A DNA stretch of 64,000 bases, taken from assembly GCA_965237955.1 (NCBI GenBank), contig OZ250169.1:5312001-5376000 (forward strand), written 5' to 3'. Each line of letters starts with the position of its first letter. Within the stretch, counting starts at the first letter, position 1. Made by a program: the position numbers and the translations under genes. Origin of the DNA: Candidatus Marinacidobacterales bacterium. GTDB lineage: Bacteria > Acidobacteriota > Vicinamibacteria > Marinacidobacterales > SMYC01. Shown here piece after piece: positions 19,706 through 30,289 of the stretch. Below the pieces are notes generated by a model. It worked only from the letters and a program-made list of their open reading frames with translations, was not told where the DNA came from and did not search any database.

Positions 19706-21055
19706 GACGTGCCCCCTTCGATGATTCGGCCTCTCGCCTCTTCGAGCTCCTCCAATGCGGTACGGAGGTGTCTTCGCTTGAAGAACCAGCTCCGTGCGGC
19801 GCGCGCGCTCGCGCGGCGTGACGCTTCGAGATCCTCGACCGCAAGCGGATGGAGACCGCCGCCGGCGAGGTCGGTAATGGCGTCCTCGATCTCGGCGTCG
19901 GCGAGCTCGATACCTTCTCGGCTCGGTCCATGGTCCAAGTTCTGTTGCAGCTGTTCGACGCTGAGTCGGATATTCTCGAGCGCGTTGATCACACGTAAGA
20001 ACGCCGCGACGGCGACTGTCTGGGTCGCATCCAGACGGATGCCGATCCCGTTGGGATCCGCGGCCGCCAGGGCTTGCCCGGAGGGTGAGTTGTTGAAAGC
20101 GTCGCCGCTATAGAATGCGACCGCCCCTTCGATGGTTTCGACCGAGTTGTTGTGGAAGAACGGCGGCGTATCGGCGGCCTCGACCAGAGTTGGGGTGTTG
20201 AACTGTCCGTTGCCGGGTGAGCCGAAGCCGTCGTCGCGCGGAATGAACTCACCGGTGAGACGCGCGGGTTGGTCGGGCAAGTCCTCGACCCCGGTGTCGA
20301 AATTCGCGTTGCCGAGGTCTTGTCCCCCGATGTTCGCGTTGGCGCCGGCGTTGACGTGGCAGATGTTGCACTTGCCGAGTGAGTTGTCGACAAAGATCTC
20401 TTGTCCGCGGACAGGCACGACACCGGTGAGGGGAAGCGGCAGCTCGATCTCGGACTGGCGTCCCAGGGAAAACTGGAACGCTTCGAGGGCGTCGAGCTCA
20501 TCGTCCGTCGGTAGTCGAAAGTCGACACCCGCAACCCGGTTCAACGTTTTTGGGAAGTGCTGGATAACGGCTCCGGTGGCGAACGAGCGAAGCGAGCCGT
20601 CTCCGGGTGAGCCGTCGCCGGACCAACCTAGATGGGGCCCCTGCGGGCTGTCGATCGATGTTCTGAGAGCGAACGTATGCGGGATGCCGCGCATGACGAA
20701 CTTGTTCTCGAGATCGCTGAAGCCGTCCAGATTCTCGAGAATGAGCCCGAATTGCCGCATGAGCTCGGGACGCTCCAACGTGGCGAGCACCGGGTTGAGC
20801 TCGGCGACGAACAGCGGATCGTCATCCGGAAGAGCGGCGATGAACGCTGCGTCGAGGGTGAAGTTGTTCTCCGCGGGATGACAGCTGCCGCAAGTTCTAC
20901 CGTTGCCGTCGAACGTTTCGTTGAAGAAGAGATAACGTCCCTCGGCGATCAGCTGTTCCTGGGGTCAGTGCCGAGGTTTCAGGAGTTTGGGCGAGCGCGA
21001 GCCCGGCGAGCACGATTCCGCTCAGAGTCACCAGGAAGTAGTGCAGACGAATCAT
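19702..21055 (-). CDS. Di-heme cytochrome c peroxidase/MauG-like protein (frameshift near 20962)
   Basis: Signal peptide from ATG 21055; CGSCH (~20880) and CNICH heme motifs; FNTPTLVEAADTPPFFHN. Confidence 0.75.
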
Positions 21056-21123
21056 GGGCACTTCTCTTTCAAAGCCCGCGTGGGAGAGATGAGAGTCGTG
21101 GATTACCGGGTGAGAGTTGATTC

Positions 21124-21139
21124 TGTGATGCGGATCACC
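21124..21139. promoter_or_regulatory. CRP/FNR-family-like site
   Basis: TGTGA-TGCGGA-TCACC, 9/10 match to TGTGA-N6-TCACA, between divergent genes. Confidence 0.35.
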
Positions 21140-21302
21140 ACGCGGCCAACCTGTGATTAGTTGCTTTACCTCGACCGGCGCGCGTCAAGGAGAACGTAAT
21201 TGCGAACAGCCGGATTGTAGCACAGCGATTTCCACATAGACCAGAACCTTAGAACCGGACTACCTAACCTACCTGGGTTAAGCCTGGGTTAGAATTTGCC
21301 CG

Positions 21303-22946
21303 ATGAAAAAAATATTGTGGCTGCCTCTGTTCTTCGCCGCAGCCTGCCAGCCCCGCGAAGCCGATCGTTTCCGGGTGGTCGAGGCGACCATCGCCGATAT
21401 TCAAGAAGCCGTTCTCTCCGGACGGACGACATGCCGTGGGGTGGTGCAGGCGTATCTCGAGCGCATCGAGGCCTATGACCAGCCCACCGGTCTCAACGCG
21501 ATTACGGTGGTGAACCCCAATGCCTTGGAAACCGCCGATGCGATCGATCGCGCGATCGCGAACGCTAAGGACGACGAGCTCGGACCGCTCTTTTGCGCTC
21601 CCATCCTCGTGAAGGACAACTTCGACACCCACGACCTGCCGACGACCGGGGGATCGATTGCGCTCATGGACAGCATCCCGCCGGACGATGCGTTCATGGT
21701 GCGAAAGCTTCGCGAGGCGGACGCGATCGTCATCGCCAAGACCAACATGGCGGAGTGGGCGTTCAGTCCCCGTCGTACCGAGAGCTCGTCCTACGGCACC
21801 ACCGCGAATGCGTACGCGCTCGATCGCGTTCCCGCGGGCTCGAGCGGAGGCACCGCGTCGGGCGTCGCGGCGAGCTTCGGCGTGGCCGGACTTGGCTCGG
21901 ATACCGGTAACTCCATCCGTGGTCCATCATCGCACCTTGCGCTTTTCGGGATCCGCTCGACGATCGGTCTCACGAGCCGCGACGGTGTCATTCCCCTCGC
22001 TTTCGATCGTGATATCGCGGGCCCGTTGACGCGAACCGTCGAAGACGGGGCCAGGGTCTTCGACGTCGTTGCCGGCTACGATCCCGCGGACTTCTACACC
22101 GAGCTCGGAAAAGGCAGACGCGAGGCCGATTACACGAGCTTTCTACGCGCGGACGGTCTCGAAGGAGCGCGCCTTGGAGTTTTGCGTGCTCTCGTGGATA
22201 CCGAGGATGCCGCCGCCGAAGTCATCGCGTTGTTCGAGGTAGCACTCGAGGAGCTCCGTGCCGCGGACGCGGAGATTATCGACCCGGTTGTGATCGACAA
22301 CTTCGCTTCTCACCTAGATGCGAGCAACGGGTGCCCGCGCTTCCGCTACGACATGTTCGTCTATCTGCAATCCCTGGGCGATGACGCGCCTATTGAAGAC
22401 GTGATGGAGGCGTACGAGAACGGCGATTATTCGGACTACGTCGCGAGCCGGCTCGAGCGCCATCAGGACCGACCGCTCGACGTGGCGCCTGCCGACTGGG
22501 ATCCTCCGTGTCCCGACTATGCCGATCATCCTGGCCGTCAGGCATATTTGGCGGACGTCGTTGCAGCGATGGATGCCTCGGGCGTGGATGCGCTCCTCTA
22601 TCCGACGTGGACGAATCCTCCCGCCCATATCGACCGGCCGAGCGAAGAGTACAAAGGCGACAACAGTCAGCTGGTCGCGCCGGCGACGGGCATGCCCGCC
22701 GTGACCGTGCCCATTGGTTATTCATACGACGGCCTTCCCGCCGGGCTTCAGATCTTGGGACGACCTTATGCGGAGGGTCGCCTCATCGAGCTCGCCTACG
22801 CGTACGAGCAGGCGACCCATCACCGGCTAGTCCCCCGGATCTTTGATTACTATACAAAGTTAGGCTTTTCGCCAGCCCATAAGATCCATAAGATTCATGC
22901 ACTTAGAAGTGTTTCGGCAAGCTCTGCTTTATCTAGTTTGTTCTGA
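21303..22946 (+). CDS. Amidase-signature family lipoprotein; C-terminus replaced by MITE read-through
   Basis: Lipobox AAAC, VKDNFDT, GSSGGTA, GSDTGNSIRGPSS. Confidence 0.9.
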   Translation: MKKILWLPLFFAAACQPREADRFRVVEATIADIQEAVLSGRTTCRGVVQAYLERIEAYDQPTGLNAITVVNPNALETADAIDRAIANAKDDELGPLFCAPILVKDNFDTHDLPTTGGSIALMDSIPPDDAFMVRKLREADAIVIAKTNMAEWAFSPRRTESSSYGTTANAYALDRVPAGSSGGTASGVAASFGVAGLGSDTGNSIRGPSSHLALFGIRSTIGLTSRDGVIPLAFDRDIAGPLTRTVEDGARVFDVVAGYDPADFYTELGKGRREADYTSFLRADGLEGARLGVLRALVDTEDAAAEVIALFEVALEELRAADAEIIDPVVIDNFASHLDASNGCPRFRYDMFVYLQSLGDDAPIEDVMEAYENGDYSDYVASRLERHQDRPLDVAPADWDPPCPDYADHPGRQAYLADVVAAMDASGVDALLYPTWTNPPAHIDRPSEEYKGDNSQLVAPATGMPAVTVPIGYSYDGLPAGLQILGRPYAEGRLIELAYAYEQATHHRLVPRIFDYYTKLGFSPAHKIHKIHALRSVSASSALSSLF

Positions 22947-22956
22947 TACAGGGGAC
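22830..22956. mobile_element. IS630-type MITE-A (127 bp)
   Basis: Near-identical to 19190-19316; TA duplication 22828-29/22957-58. Confidence 0.92.
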
Positions 22957-23045
22957 TAGCGCCGGAGCAGTTCGGCGAGCTCACACGGTAGATCGTAGAG
23001 CTCGTCTCGTCAATGCCTTCGAGATCGGCGTTTGTCCGCTCCGTG

Positions 23046-23714
23046 TCAGGACTCGATGAGACCATCGCGGAGACGAATCGCGCGCTCCGCGTGCTCCGCC
23101 ACTTCCTGTTCATGGGTGACGACGATCAGTGTATGCCCTTGGCGATGGAGCTCGTCGAAGAGCGCCAGAATCTCGGCTCCCGTGGCCGAATCGAGGTTGC
23201 CGGTGGGCTCGTCGGCGAGCACGATCGACGGGTCGTTGACGAGGGCGCGCGCGATGGCGACTCGCTGGCGCTGACCGCCCGACAGCTCGTTGGGTCGATG
23301 GTCGAGCCGGTCTCCGAGATCCACGCGCTCGAGAGCCGTCCGCGCGCACGCGCGGCGCTCCTCCGCAGGCACGCCTCGGTACACGAGCGGTAGCTCGACA
23401 TTGCGCAGCGCCGCGGCGCGCGGCAACAGCTGAAACGTCTGAAAGACGAACCCGATCTCGCGATTGCGCACGTGGGCGAGCTCGTCGTCTTCCATGGTGC
23501 TCACCTCCCTGCCGTTCAGGCGATAGGAGCCTTTCGTGGGGGTGTCCAAACAACCGACCAGGTTCATCAGTGTCGATTTTCCGGAGCCCGATGGCCCCAT
23601 GATAGCCACGTAATCACCTTTCTCGACCGTGACGTCCACCCCGGCGAGGGCGTGGATCTCCTCCGCACCCATGACATAGCTCTTCCAAAGACCGCGCGCT
23701 TCGATCAAACTCAT
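23046..23714 (-). CDS. ABC transporter ATP-binding protein (MacB/LolD type)
   Basis: [30 protein letters not shown]. Confidence 0.95.
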   Translation of the reverse strand: MSLIEARGLWKSYVMGAEEIHALAGVDVTVEKGDYVAIMGPSGSGKSTLMNLVGCLDTPTKGSYRLNGREVSTMEDDELAHVRNREIGFVFQTFQLLPRAAALRNVELPLVYRGVPAEERRACARTALERVDLGDRLDHRPNELSGGQRQRVAIARALVNDPSIVLADEPTGNLDSATGAEILALFDELHRQGHTLIVVTHEQEVAEHAERAIRLRDGLIES

Positions 23715-23791
23715 CCGATGGGATTGTAGCTTGTACCACCCGGTTGCGGGCGACGGTGGCGCACACTAGCATGCTCTTGCAAGGAAACAGC

Positions 23792-25027
23792 ATGCGGAAG
23801 CAATTCGCCTCGTTCCACTCACGGGCGGGCGTGTCTCTGGTGATAGCACACGTTATCGGCTCCGTCGCGTGCTCCGGAATAGAGGCGGATCCGGCGACCG
23901 AAAACACGACGGAGGCGGTCTTCGAAGAGCTCCGAATCCGGCGAGGATTGTTCCGAGAGCGCGTCTTCCTCACGGGAACCCTGGAAGCGACACGAGGGGT
24001 GCGCATCACCCCCCCACGAACCCCGACGTGGCAGGTCCAAATTCGTTGGATGGAAGAGGACGGCGCCAACGTTACGGCTGGACAAAAAATCGTCGAGCTC
24101 GACAACTCCGCCTTCGCCGCCGACCTCGAGTCGAAGCACCTGGCCGCACGCAAAGAAGAAAAGGAGCTCGAGCAGCAGAAGGCGCAAGCGGACGCCAAAG
24201 CCGCCGAGCTCGGTTTCGCCGTCTCCCAACGTCTGGTGGAGCTGGCAAAAGCGGAGATCGAAATCGACATTCCCCGGGAGCTCATCCCCGTTCGGGAATA
24301 CCAGGAAAAGCAGCTCGCCATGGAGCGCGCGCGAACTGCCCTGGGGAAGGCCGAGGAAGAGCTCCGCACTCACCATCGAACGACCGAGCAAGATCTGGCG
24401 ATTCAGCAGATCAATTTACGGAAGACTCGTTACGAAATCCGCATCGCCGAGAAGGCCATCTCCGAGCTGGTCCTCGAGGCAACGCGCGATGGCGTGCTGA
24501 TCATCGGCGACGTCCGGCGCGAAAACCGCAAGCTCCAGGTGGGCGACACGGTGTGGCCCGGGTACGTGGTCGCGCGCATCCCCGACCTCAGCGAGATGCA
24601 GGTGGTTGCGCAGTTGAGCGACGTCGACGACGGGCGCGTGCAGGTCGGTGCGGAAGCTGTCGTTCGGCTCGACAGTTATCCCGAGCTCACGTTCCCGGGT
24701 GTCGTTCGCGATATCACTCCGATCGCACGAGAAACGAGCCCTCGCTCGCTCCGGCGCGCTTTTCGAGTGCGGGTCGCCCTCGAGCAAACGGACCCCGAGA
24801 AGATGCGACCGGGCATGGCAGCCCAAGTCGAGGTCCATATGCAAGGACTCGAGGACGTATTGCTCGTCCCGCGGGCGGGGCTCGATCTGTCGCGCTCACC
24901 TCCACAGGCGTTGCTCGAAAGCGGCGAAAGCGTTTCCGTCGAGCTCGGTCTCTGCAACAGCTTCGAGTGCGTGTGCGTGGGCGGGCTCGACGAAGGTGCG
25001 AGGCTCCGACCGAGGACCGGTTCATGA
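23792..25027 (+). CDS. Periplasmic adaptor (membrane fusion protein) 1
   Basis: EDGANVTAGQKIVELD lipoyl half, long coiled coil, IPDLSEMQV, MRPGMAAQV; RBS AAGGA. Confidence 0.85.
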   Translation: MRKQFASFHSRAGVSLVIAHVIGSVACSGIEADPATENTTEAVFEELRIRRGLFRERVFLTGTLEATRGVRITPPRTPTWQVQIRWMEEDGANVTAGQKIVELDNSAFAADLESKHLAARKEEKELEQQKAQADAKAAELGFAVSQRLVELAKAEIEIDIPRELIPVREYQEKQLAMERARTALGKAEEELRTHHRTTEQDLAIQQINLRKTRYEIRIAEKAISELVLEATRDGVLIIGDVRRENRKLQVGDTVWPGYVVARIPDLSEMQVVAQLSDVDDGRVQVGAEAVVRLDSYPELTFPGVVRDITPIARETSPRSLRRAFRVRVALEQTDPEKMRPGMAAQVEVHMQGLEDVLLVPRAGLDLSRSPPQALLESGESVSVELGLCNSFECVCVGGLDEGARLRPRTGS

Positions 25028-26247
25028 GACGAGGAATCGACCGCCGCGCCCTGCGCAGGGTTCTCGTGGCCGTCGGCCTCGTCGTCCTCGTCGGTGGCGG
25101 CTGGTGGATGGCGCGCGGCGCCGGCGGGTCCCGAGCGTCGGATTGGGCCGTTGTCGAGCGCGGGAACCTCGTCATCAGTATTGAAGTAGAGGGCACGCTG
25201 GCAGCGGTGCACTCACACCTGCTGACACCACCCGCGTTCTCGAGGAGGTGGGAGTACAAGATCTCCAGCATGGCTCCCGACGGAACCGAAGTGAAGGAGG
25301 GCGATCCCGTGCTCGCGTTCGACACGTCCGAGCTCGAGCGCCTCCTTCTGGATATGACGGCCGCGCTCGACTCTGCCGAAAAGGAAATCGAAAAGAAGCG
25401 CACGAACATCGTCATCCGTCGGCGCGACGACGAGCTTCGGCTGGCGGAAGCACGAGCGAACCTGGAGAAAGCCGCGCTGAAGCTCGACCGACCCGAGGAG
25501 CTCGTCGCGGCAAGGGAGATCGCAACGCTTATGCTCGACCGCGACCTCGTCCAAAAAGAGGTGGCCTATCTTGAGAAACGGAGGCGACTACTCGATGAGG
25601 CTGATGAGGTGGAGCTTAGCATTGTGCGGGAGGAGAGGGACCAGGCCGCGCTTCGGGTGCGCGAGCTCAAAAGCGGCATCGAGCGCATGACGCTCAGCGC
25701 ACCTCGCGACGGCACGGTCATTCATGTGACCGACCGGCGAGGCGAGAAGAAACGAATAGGCGACGCCGTCTGGCGACGGGATCGGGTCTTGGAAATCCCC
25801 GATCTCACCTTGATGATGGCACGAGGCATCGTCGACGAAGCCGACGCCGGCCGGCTCGCGTTGGGACAGCGCGCCGAGCTACGGCTGGATGCTTATCCCG
25901 ACTCGACGTTTGCCGGCTCCATCAGCAAGCTCGCAAAAACCGTTCAACCGAAGACGAGGAACTCTCCGCTCCGAGTCGTTCGTATCGACATCGCGCTCGA
26001 CGAGACCGATCGGGACCGCATGCGCCCCGAGATGCGATTCCGCGGCACTATCGAAGTCGAGAGACACGAGGACGTGCTTCTCGCTCCCGTGAGCTCTATC
26101 CGTCAAACCGCATCCGGCGCTACGGTCCACAGACGATCGATCTCGGGCACTCGAGAGCGACCGATCGAGCTCGGTAAACGGAACAACGAGAAGGTGGAGA
26201 TCGTCCGCGGAGTCTCCGAGGGCGACCAGGTGTTGACGCGACGGTGA
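25024..26247 (+). CDS. Periplasmic adaptor (membrane fusion protein) 2
   Basis: TM anchor, PDGTEVKEGDPVLAFD, SAPRDGTV, IPDLTLM, MRPEMRFRG. Confidence 0.87.
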   Translation: MRRGIDRRALRRVLVAVGLVVLVGGGWWMARGAGGSRASDWAVVERGNLVISIEVEGTLAAVHSHLLTPPAFSRRWEYKISSMAPDGTEVKEGDPVLAFDTSELERLLLDMTAALDSAEKEIEKKRTNIVIRRRDDELRLAEARANLEKAALKLDRPEELVAAREIATLMLDRDLVQKEVAYLEKRRRLLDEADEVELSIVREERDQAALRVRELKSGIERMTLSAPRDGTVIHVTDRRGEKKRIGDAVWRRDRVLEIPDLTLMMARGIVDEADAGRLALGQRAELRLDAYPDSTFAGSISKLAKTVQPKTRNSPLRVVRIDIALDETDRDRMRPEMRFRGTIEVERHEDVLLAPVSSIRQTASGATVHRRSISGTRERPIELGKRNNEKVEIVRGVSEGDQVLTRR

Positions 26248-27527
26248 GCAGACAACGTCTCGTCGCTGCACTCGTCGGTGGCCTCGCGATCGTCGGTGTC
26301 GTTGCGATCACTCTCTACGAATCCAGTGAAGAAACAGTTCCGCTCCTCGAGGTTCGCATGGAACCGTTCCAGCAGCGGATCACCGCGGAAGGTGTGCTCG
26401 AAGCCGTGCGCTCGACGCCCCTGTCGTCGCCGCCACGGACCGAAGGCCCGGCCAAGATCGCGTGGATGGTCGAAGACGGGATCGTCGTCGAGCAAGGGGA
26501 CATCATCGTACGCTTCGATCCCACCGAACGAGAACGAGAGCTTCTGGAAGGAGAGGTGGCGCTTTCCACGGTCGAGAGCAAAATCCTGCAGAGCCAGGCC
26601 CAGACCGAGGCCTCGTTGCACGACGTGGAGCGCGACCGCCAACTGGCCCAGTTCGAGCTCGATATGGCCCGGAACTTCTCGAGCAAGGATCCGGAAATCT
26701 TCTCCCGGATGGAGATCATCGAAGCACAGATCGACGAAGAGCTGGCGGGTCTCAAACTCGAGCACGCCGAAGGCAGCGAACAGATCCAGGAGAGTCTCTC
26801 CGCGTCCGAAATGAAGCTTTTCAACATCGAAAGAACTCAGGCGGAGGTGAAGATTCGTCAGGCCAACGATGCGCTCAACGCTCTCGAAGTTCGCGCACCG
26901 CACGACGGCATCGTGATCTTCGTGAGGGATTGGCGCGGTAACATAAAGCAAGTTGGAGACACGGTCTACTCGAGACAGGCCATCGCCGAGCTTCCGGCCC
27001 TGGACATCATGAAGGCGGACATCTACGTGCTCGAAGCCGACGCGGGCGGACTCCAGGAGGGCCGTCCGGCAGAGCTTATCGTAGAGGCGGCACCCGAGCG
27101 TTCTTTCAGCGCGACGATCCGATACGTCGATCGTATGCCGAAGCCCAAAGTCCGCGGCGTTCCGGTTCAATACTTCTCGGTGACGCTGGGCCTGGAAGAA
27201 ACCGATCCCGAGATCATGAAGCCGGGGCAACGGGTGCGGGCCACGCTTGTCCTCGTCGAGAGCGATGCCGCTATCGTCGTCCCGCGTCAGGCCGTCTTCG
27301 AAAAGGAAGGCAAGAAGTTCGTCTATCGGGTCGTCCATCGGCGGGGCGGGTCCGGCTTCGAGGAAGTCGAGGTGAGACTCGGGCCGTCTTCTTTTGGGCG
27401 GGTCGTGCTCGAGGACGGTATTTCCGAAGGCGATACGATTGCGCTTCGCGATCCGGCGCGATCCCGCCGGGCGCTCGTGCCGGGTGCCGGCGAAAGCGCT
27501 TCCGATACGACTCCGAGCTTCCCATGA
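26244..27527 (+). CDS. Periplasmic adaptor (membrane fusion protein) 3
   Basis: TM anchor, EDGIVVEQGDIIVRFD, RAPHDGIV, MKPGQRVRA. Confidence 0.87.
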   Translation: MSRQRLVAALVGGLAIVGVVAITLYESSEETVPLLEVRMEPFQQRITAEGVLEAVRSTPLSSPPRTEGPAKIAWMVEDGIVVEQGDIIVRFDPTERERELLEGEVALSTVESKILQSQAQTEASLHDVERDRQLAQFELDMARNFSSKDPEIFSRMEIIEAQIDEELAGLKLEHAEGSEQIQESLSASEMKLFNIERTQAEVKIRQANDALNALEVRAPHDGIVIFVRDWRGNIKQVGDTVYSRQAIAELPALDIMKADIYVLEADAGGLQEGRPAELIVEAAPERSFSATIRYVDRMPKPKVRGVPVQYFSVTLGLEETDPEIMKPGQRVRATLVLVESDAAIVVPRQAVFEKEGKKFVYRVVHRRGGSGFEEVEVRLGPSSFGRVVLEDGISEGDTIALRDPARSRRALVPGAGESASDTTPSFP

Positions 27528-28759
27528 GCTTCGCCGAGACGTTCCGGGACGCGATCGATAGCCTGACGGCGCACAAGCTACGTGCCGGCCTCAGCATGCT
27601 CGGAATGATCTTCGGCGTCGGCGCGGTCATCGCGATGCTCTCCATCGGCGAAGGCGCCGAGCGTCAGGCCCTCGAAATGATCGAGCGCCTCGGGCTTCGC
27701 AACATCGTCGTCGATGCCAAGGACCTCGCCCGAGAGGACCTGATGGAGATTCGGGAAAAATCGCCCGGACTCACGAACCGCGACATCGATGCTATTCGGG
27801 AGGCGGTTTCAGGGGTCGAATGGGTGGCGCCCCGAGTCAAAGTGGAGCCTTACAAGGTCATGACCGCAGGCGCCAAGACCGACGCCATGGCCTACGGGGT
27901 TTCGCATCATCACTTCGAGCTCACAAGCGTGGGAGTGGCGGAAGGGCGCTCTCTCGATCCGCTCGATGAGCAAACCCACGCTCAGGTGGCCGTCATCGGC
28001 GCCAAGGTTCGCCAGGATCTTTTCGGGTACGACGCGGCTCTCGGCCAGACGCTGAAAGTCAACGATGTCTGGTTGGAGGTGGTCGGCGTCCTCGCCTCCG
28101 ACACGAGCGGCGCCCAGTCGTTTCAAGGAGTTCAGCTGAGCTCCACCGCGGGCGAGATCTACATGCCCTATTCGACGGCTCTACGGAAGTTCGATCACCC
28201 ACCGCTCGACTCGCCGCTCGATCAAATCGTCGTGAGAGTTGCGGGAGACGCGTCCCCATGGGAGACCACGGCCGTGATCGAACCTTTGCTCGAGCTTCTG
28301 CACGGAGGTGCTCGAGACTACACCATCATCGTCCCGGAAGCGCTTCTGGAGCAGAGCCGGCGCACCCAGCGACTCTTCAAGATCGTCATGGGCTGTATTG
28401 CCGGGATCTCGCTCCTGGTGGGCGGCATCGGGATCATGAACATCATGCTTGCGAGCGTTCTCGAGCGAACGAGGGAGATCGGTGTGCGCCGCGCCGTCGG
28501 AGCCCGTCGCGACGATATCCGCTTCCAATTCATCGTGGAGTCGTTTTCCATTAGCCTCATCGGGGGGCTCGCCGGCATTTTCATGGGCCTGGCCATCGCC
28601 CACGTGGTTGCCTTCTACGCCGAATGGCCGACGGTCGTAACCCCGTGGTCGATCCTTCTTTCGAGTGGCGTCTCGGTGACGGTCGGCGTCGTCTCCGGTC
28701 TCTACCCCGCGAGCCGAGCCGCGGAGCTCGACCCGGTCGTGGCGCTCGGCTACGAGTAG
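27524..28759 (+). CDS. MacB-type ABC permease
   Basis: LSMLGMIFGVGAVIAM, ISLLVGGIGIMNIMLASVLERTREIG, YPASRAAELDPVVAL. Confidence 0.93.
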   Translation: MSFAETFRDAIDSLTAHKLRAGLSMLGMIFGVGAVIAMLSIGEGAERQALEMIERLGLRNIVVDAKDLAREDLMEIREKSPGLTNRDIDAIREAVSGVEWVAPRVKVEPYKVMTAGAKTDAMAYGVSHHHFELTSVGVAEGRSLDPLDEQTHAQVAVIGAKVRQDLFGYDAALGQTLKVNDVWLEVVGVLASDTSGAQSFQGVQLSSTAGEIYMPYSTALRKFDHPPLDSPLDQIVVRVAGDASPWETTAVIEPLLELLHGGARDYTIIVPEALLEQSRRTQRLFKIVMGCIAGISLLVGGIGIMNIMLASVLERTREIGVRRAVGARRDDIRFQFIVESFSISLIGGLAGIFMGLAIAHVVAFYAEWPTVVTPWSILLSSGVSVTVGVVSGLYPASRAAELDPVVALGYE

Positions 28760-28923
28760 GGTGGCGCCATCAGGACGAGATGAGTGACTACCTCTGTCGG
28801 ACATGAGACGTCGACCGATGATAGCTCCCGCGAGCCGACGCCCGCAGTCAGTCGTGCTCGGGTCCTGGAGGGAAAGCGCCTTGCGCGCGAGGTCGTCGCC
28901 GCGACCAAGGATGACTTGTCACC

Positions 28924-30196
28924 CGCGTCCTGTCCAAAAACACGAACGAACTCAAGACCCGCGTCAGCCGGGGCGTTTCGGATAGACGCGTCTACGCTTG
29001 CTTCGCCAAGGGAAGCTAGAATGCACCGTCATGAGCACGCCGATCCAACCCTGGACGTTCTTGGTCGTCGCCGTGGCTGGTTGGATCCAGCGTGACCAAC
29101 AGGCCGCTATCGTCTACTTGCTCGAGGAGAACAGAGTCCTCAAAGCTCGGGTTCGCGGGAGGAACTTCGCTTCACCGACGACGAGCGACGTCGGCTCGCG
29201 ACAAAGGCTAAGGAGCTTGGCCGGAAACTCTTGGTCGAAGTCGCCGGTATCGTCACCCCGGACACTCTCTTGGCCTGGCACCGAAGGCTCATTGCGCGGA
29301 AGTGGGACGAAAGCGGAGCGGCGGAAACAGCTCGGACGACCCCGGGTGATGGTCGAGATTACCGAGCTCGTCGTGGCCATGGCGAAGTCGAATCCGAAGT
29401 GGGGCTATACACGAATTCGCGGCGCACTCTCGAATCTCGGTCATACCGTTGCCAGAAGCACGGTCGCGACTATCCTACGAGAGCACGGCATCGAGCCCGC
29501 GCCCGAGAGAGGTGAGCGGACGCCGTGGCGCACATTTCTGACCGCCCATTGGGAAAGCGTCGCGGCCACCGACTTCTTCACCGTCGAGGTCGCCACGTTC
29601 CGCAGGCTCGTGACCTACTACGTGCTCATCGTCGTCGAGCTCTCTTCGCGAAAAGTGCACATTGCTGGAATCACTCCCGGGCCTGACAGCGCTTTCATGA
29701 TGCAGGTAGGCCGTAATCTCACCGACCCAGTCGACGGCTTTCTGCTCGGCAAGCGCTTCCTCGTCCTGGACCGTGACAAGAAGTTCACCTCGGACTTTCG
29801 GGACTTGATCGAGGAGGCCGGAACGGACGTCATTCGGCTGCCGTACCGTTCCCCGAATTTGAACGCTCACGTCGAAAGGTTTATTTTGTCGATCAAAAGC
29901 GAGTGCCTGAATCGGATGATCTTCTTCGGTGAGCAATCGCTTCGCCGGGCCGTCACCGAATTTATTTGTCATTATCATAGAGAGCGAAATCATCAAGGGC
30001 TGGAGAACGCGTTGATCGAAGCGGACGAGCGCCTCGGCAGTCTCCACGGGAACGTGCGATGTTGCAAGCGATTGGGCGGCTTGCTCAGTTATTACCGCCG
30101 CGACGCCGCATAGGAGTTCTGGCAAGCAAACTAGACGAAACGGATGGCCTGGAGGAGAGGTCTGCTCGGGATCGCCTATCGCGAGTAGGACACGCG
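28924..30196 (+). mobile_element. Integrase-core (rve) DDE transposase element, IS481/IS3-like, frameshifted
   Basis: [47 protein letters not shown]; boundaries approximate. Confidence 0.75.
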
Positions 30197-30289
30197 CACT
30201 TCCGCATCGGGATACCCAACCCGCTGCCGCCCTACCTCGAGGCGCCCGGCTAGAGTAGAATCGAACAACCTTATTTCAGGAGACCGTCC

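Noticed and set aside
23757-23771. Sigma-54 site upstream of adaptor 1 (also a candidate at 9291-9310)
   Set aside because: GG-to-GC spacing is 9 and 14 nt rather than the required 10
23869-25023. N-terminal half of the 792-aa ORF
   Set aside because: Off-frame shadow of adaptor 1; the real gene starts at ATG 25024
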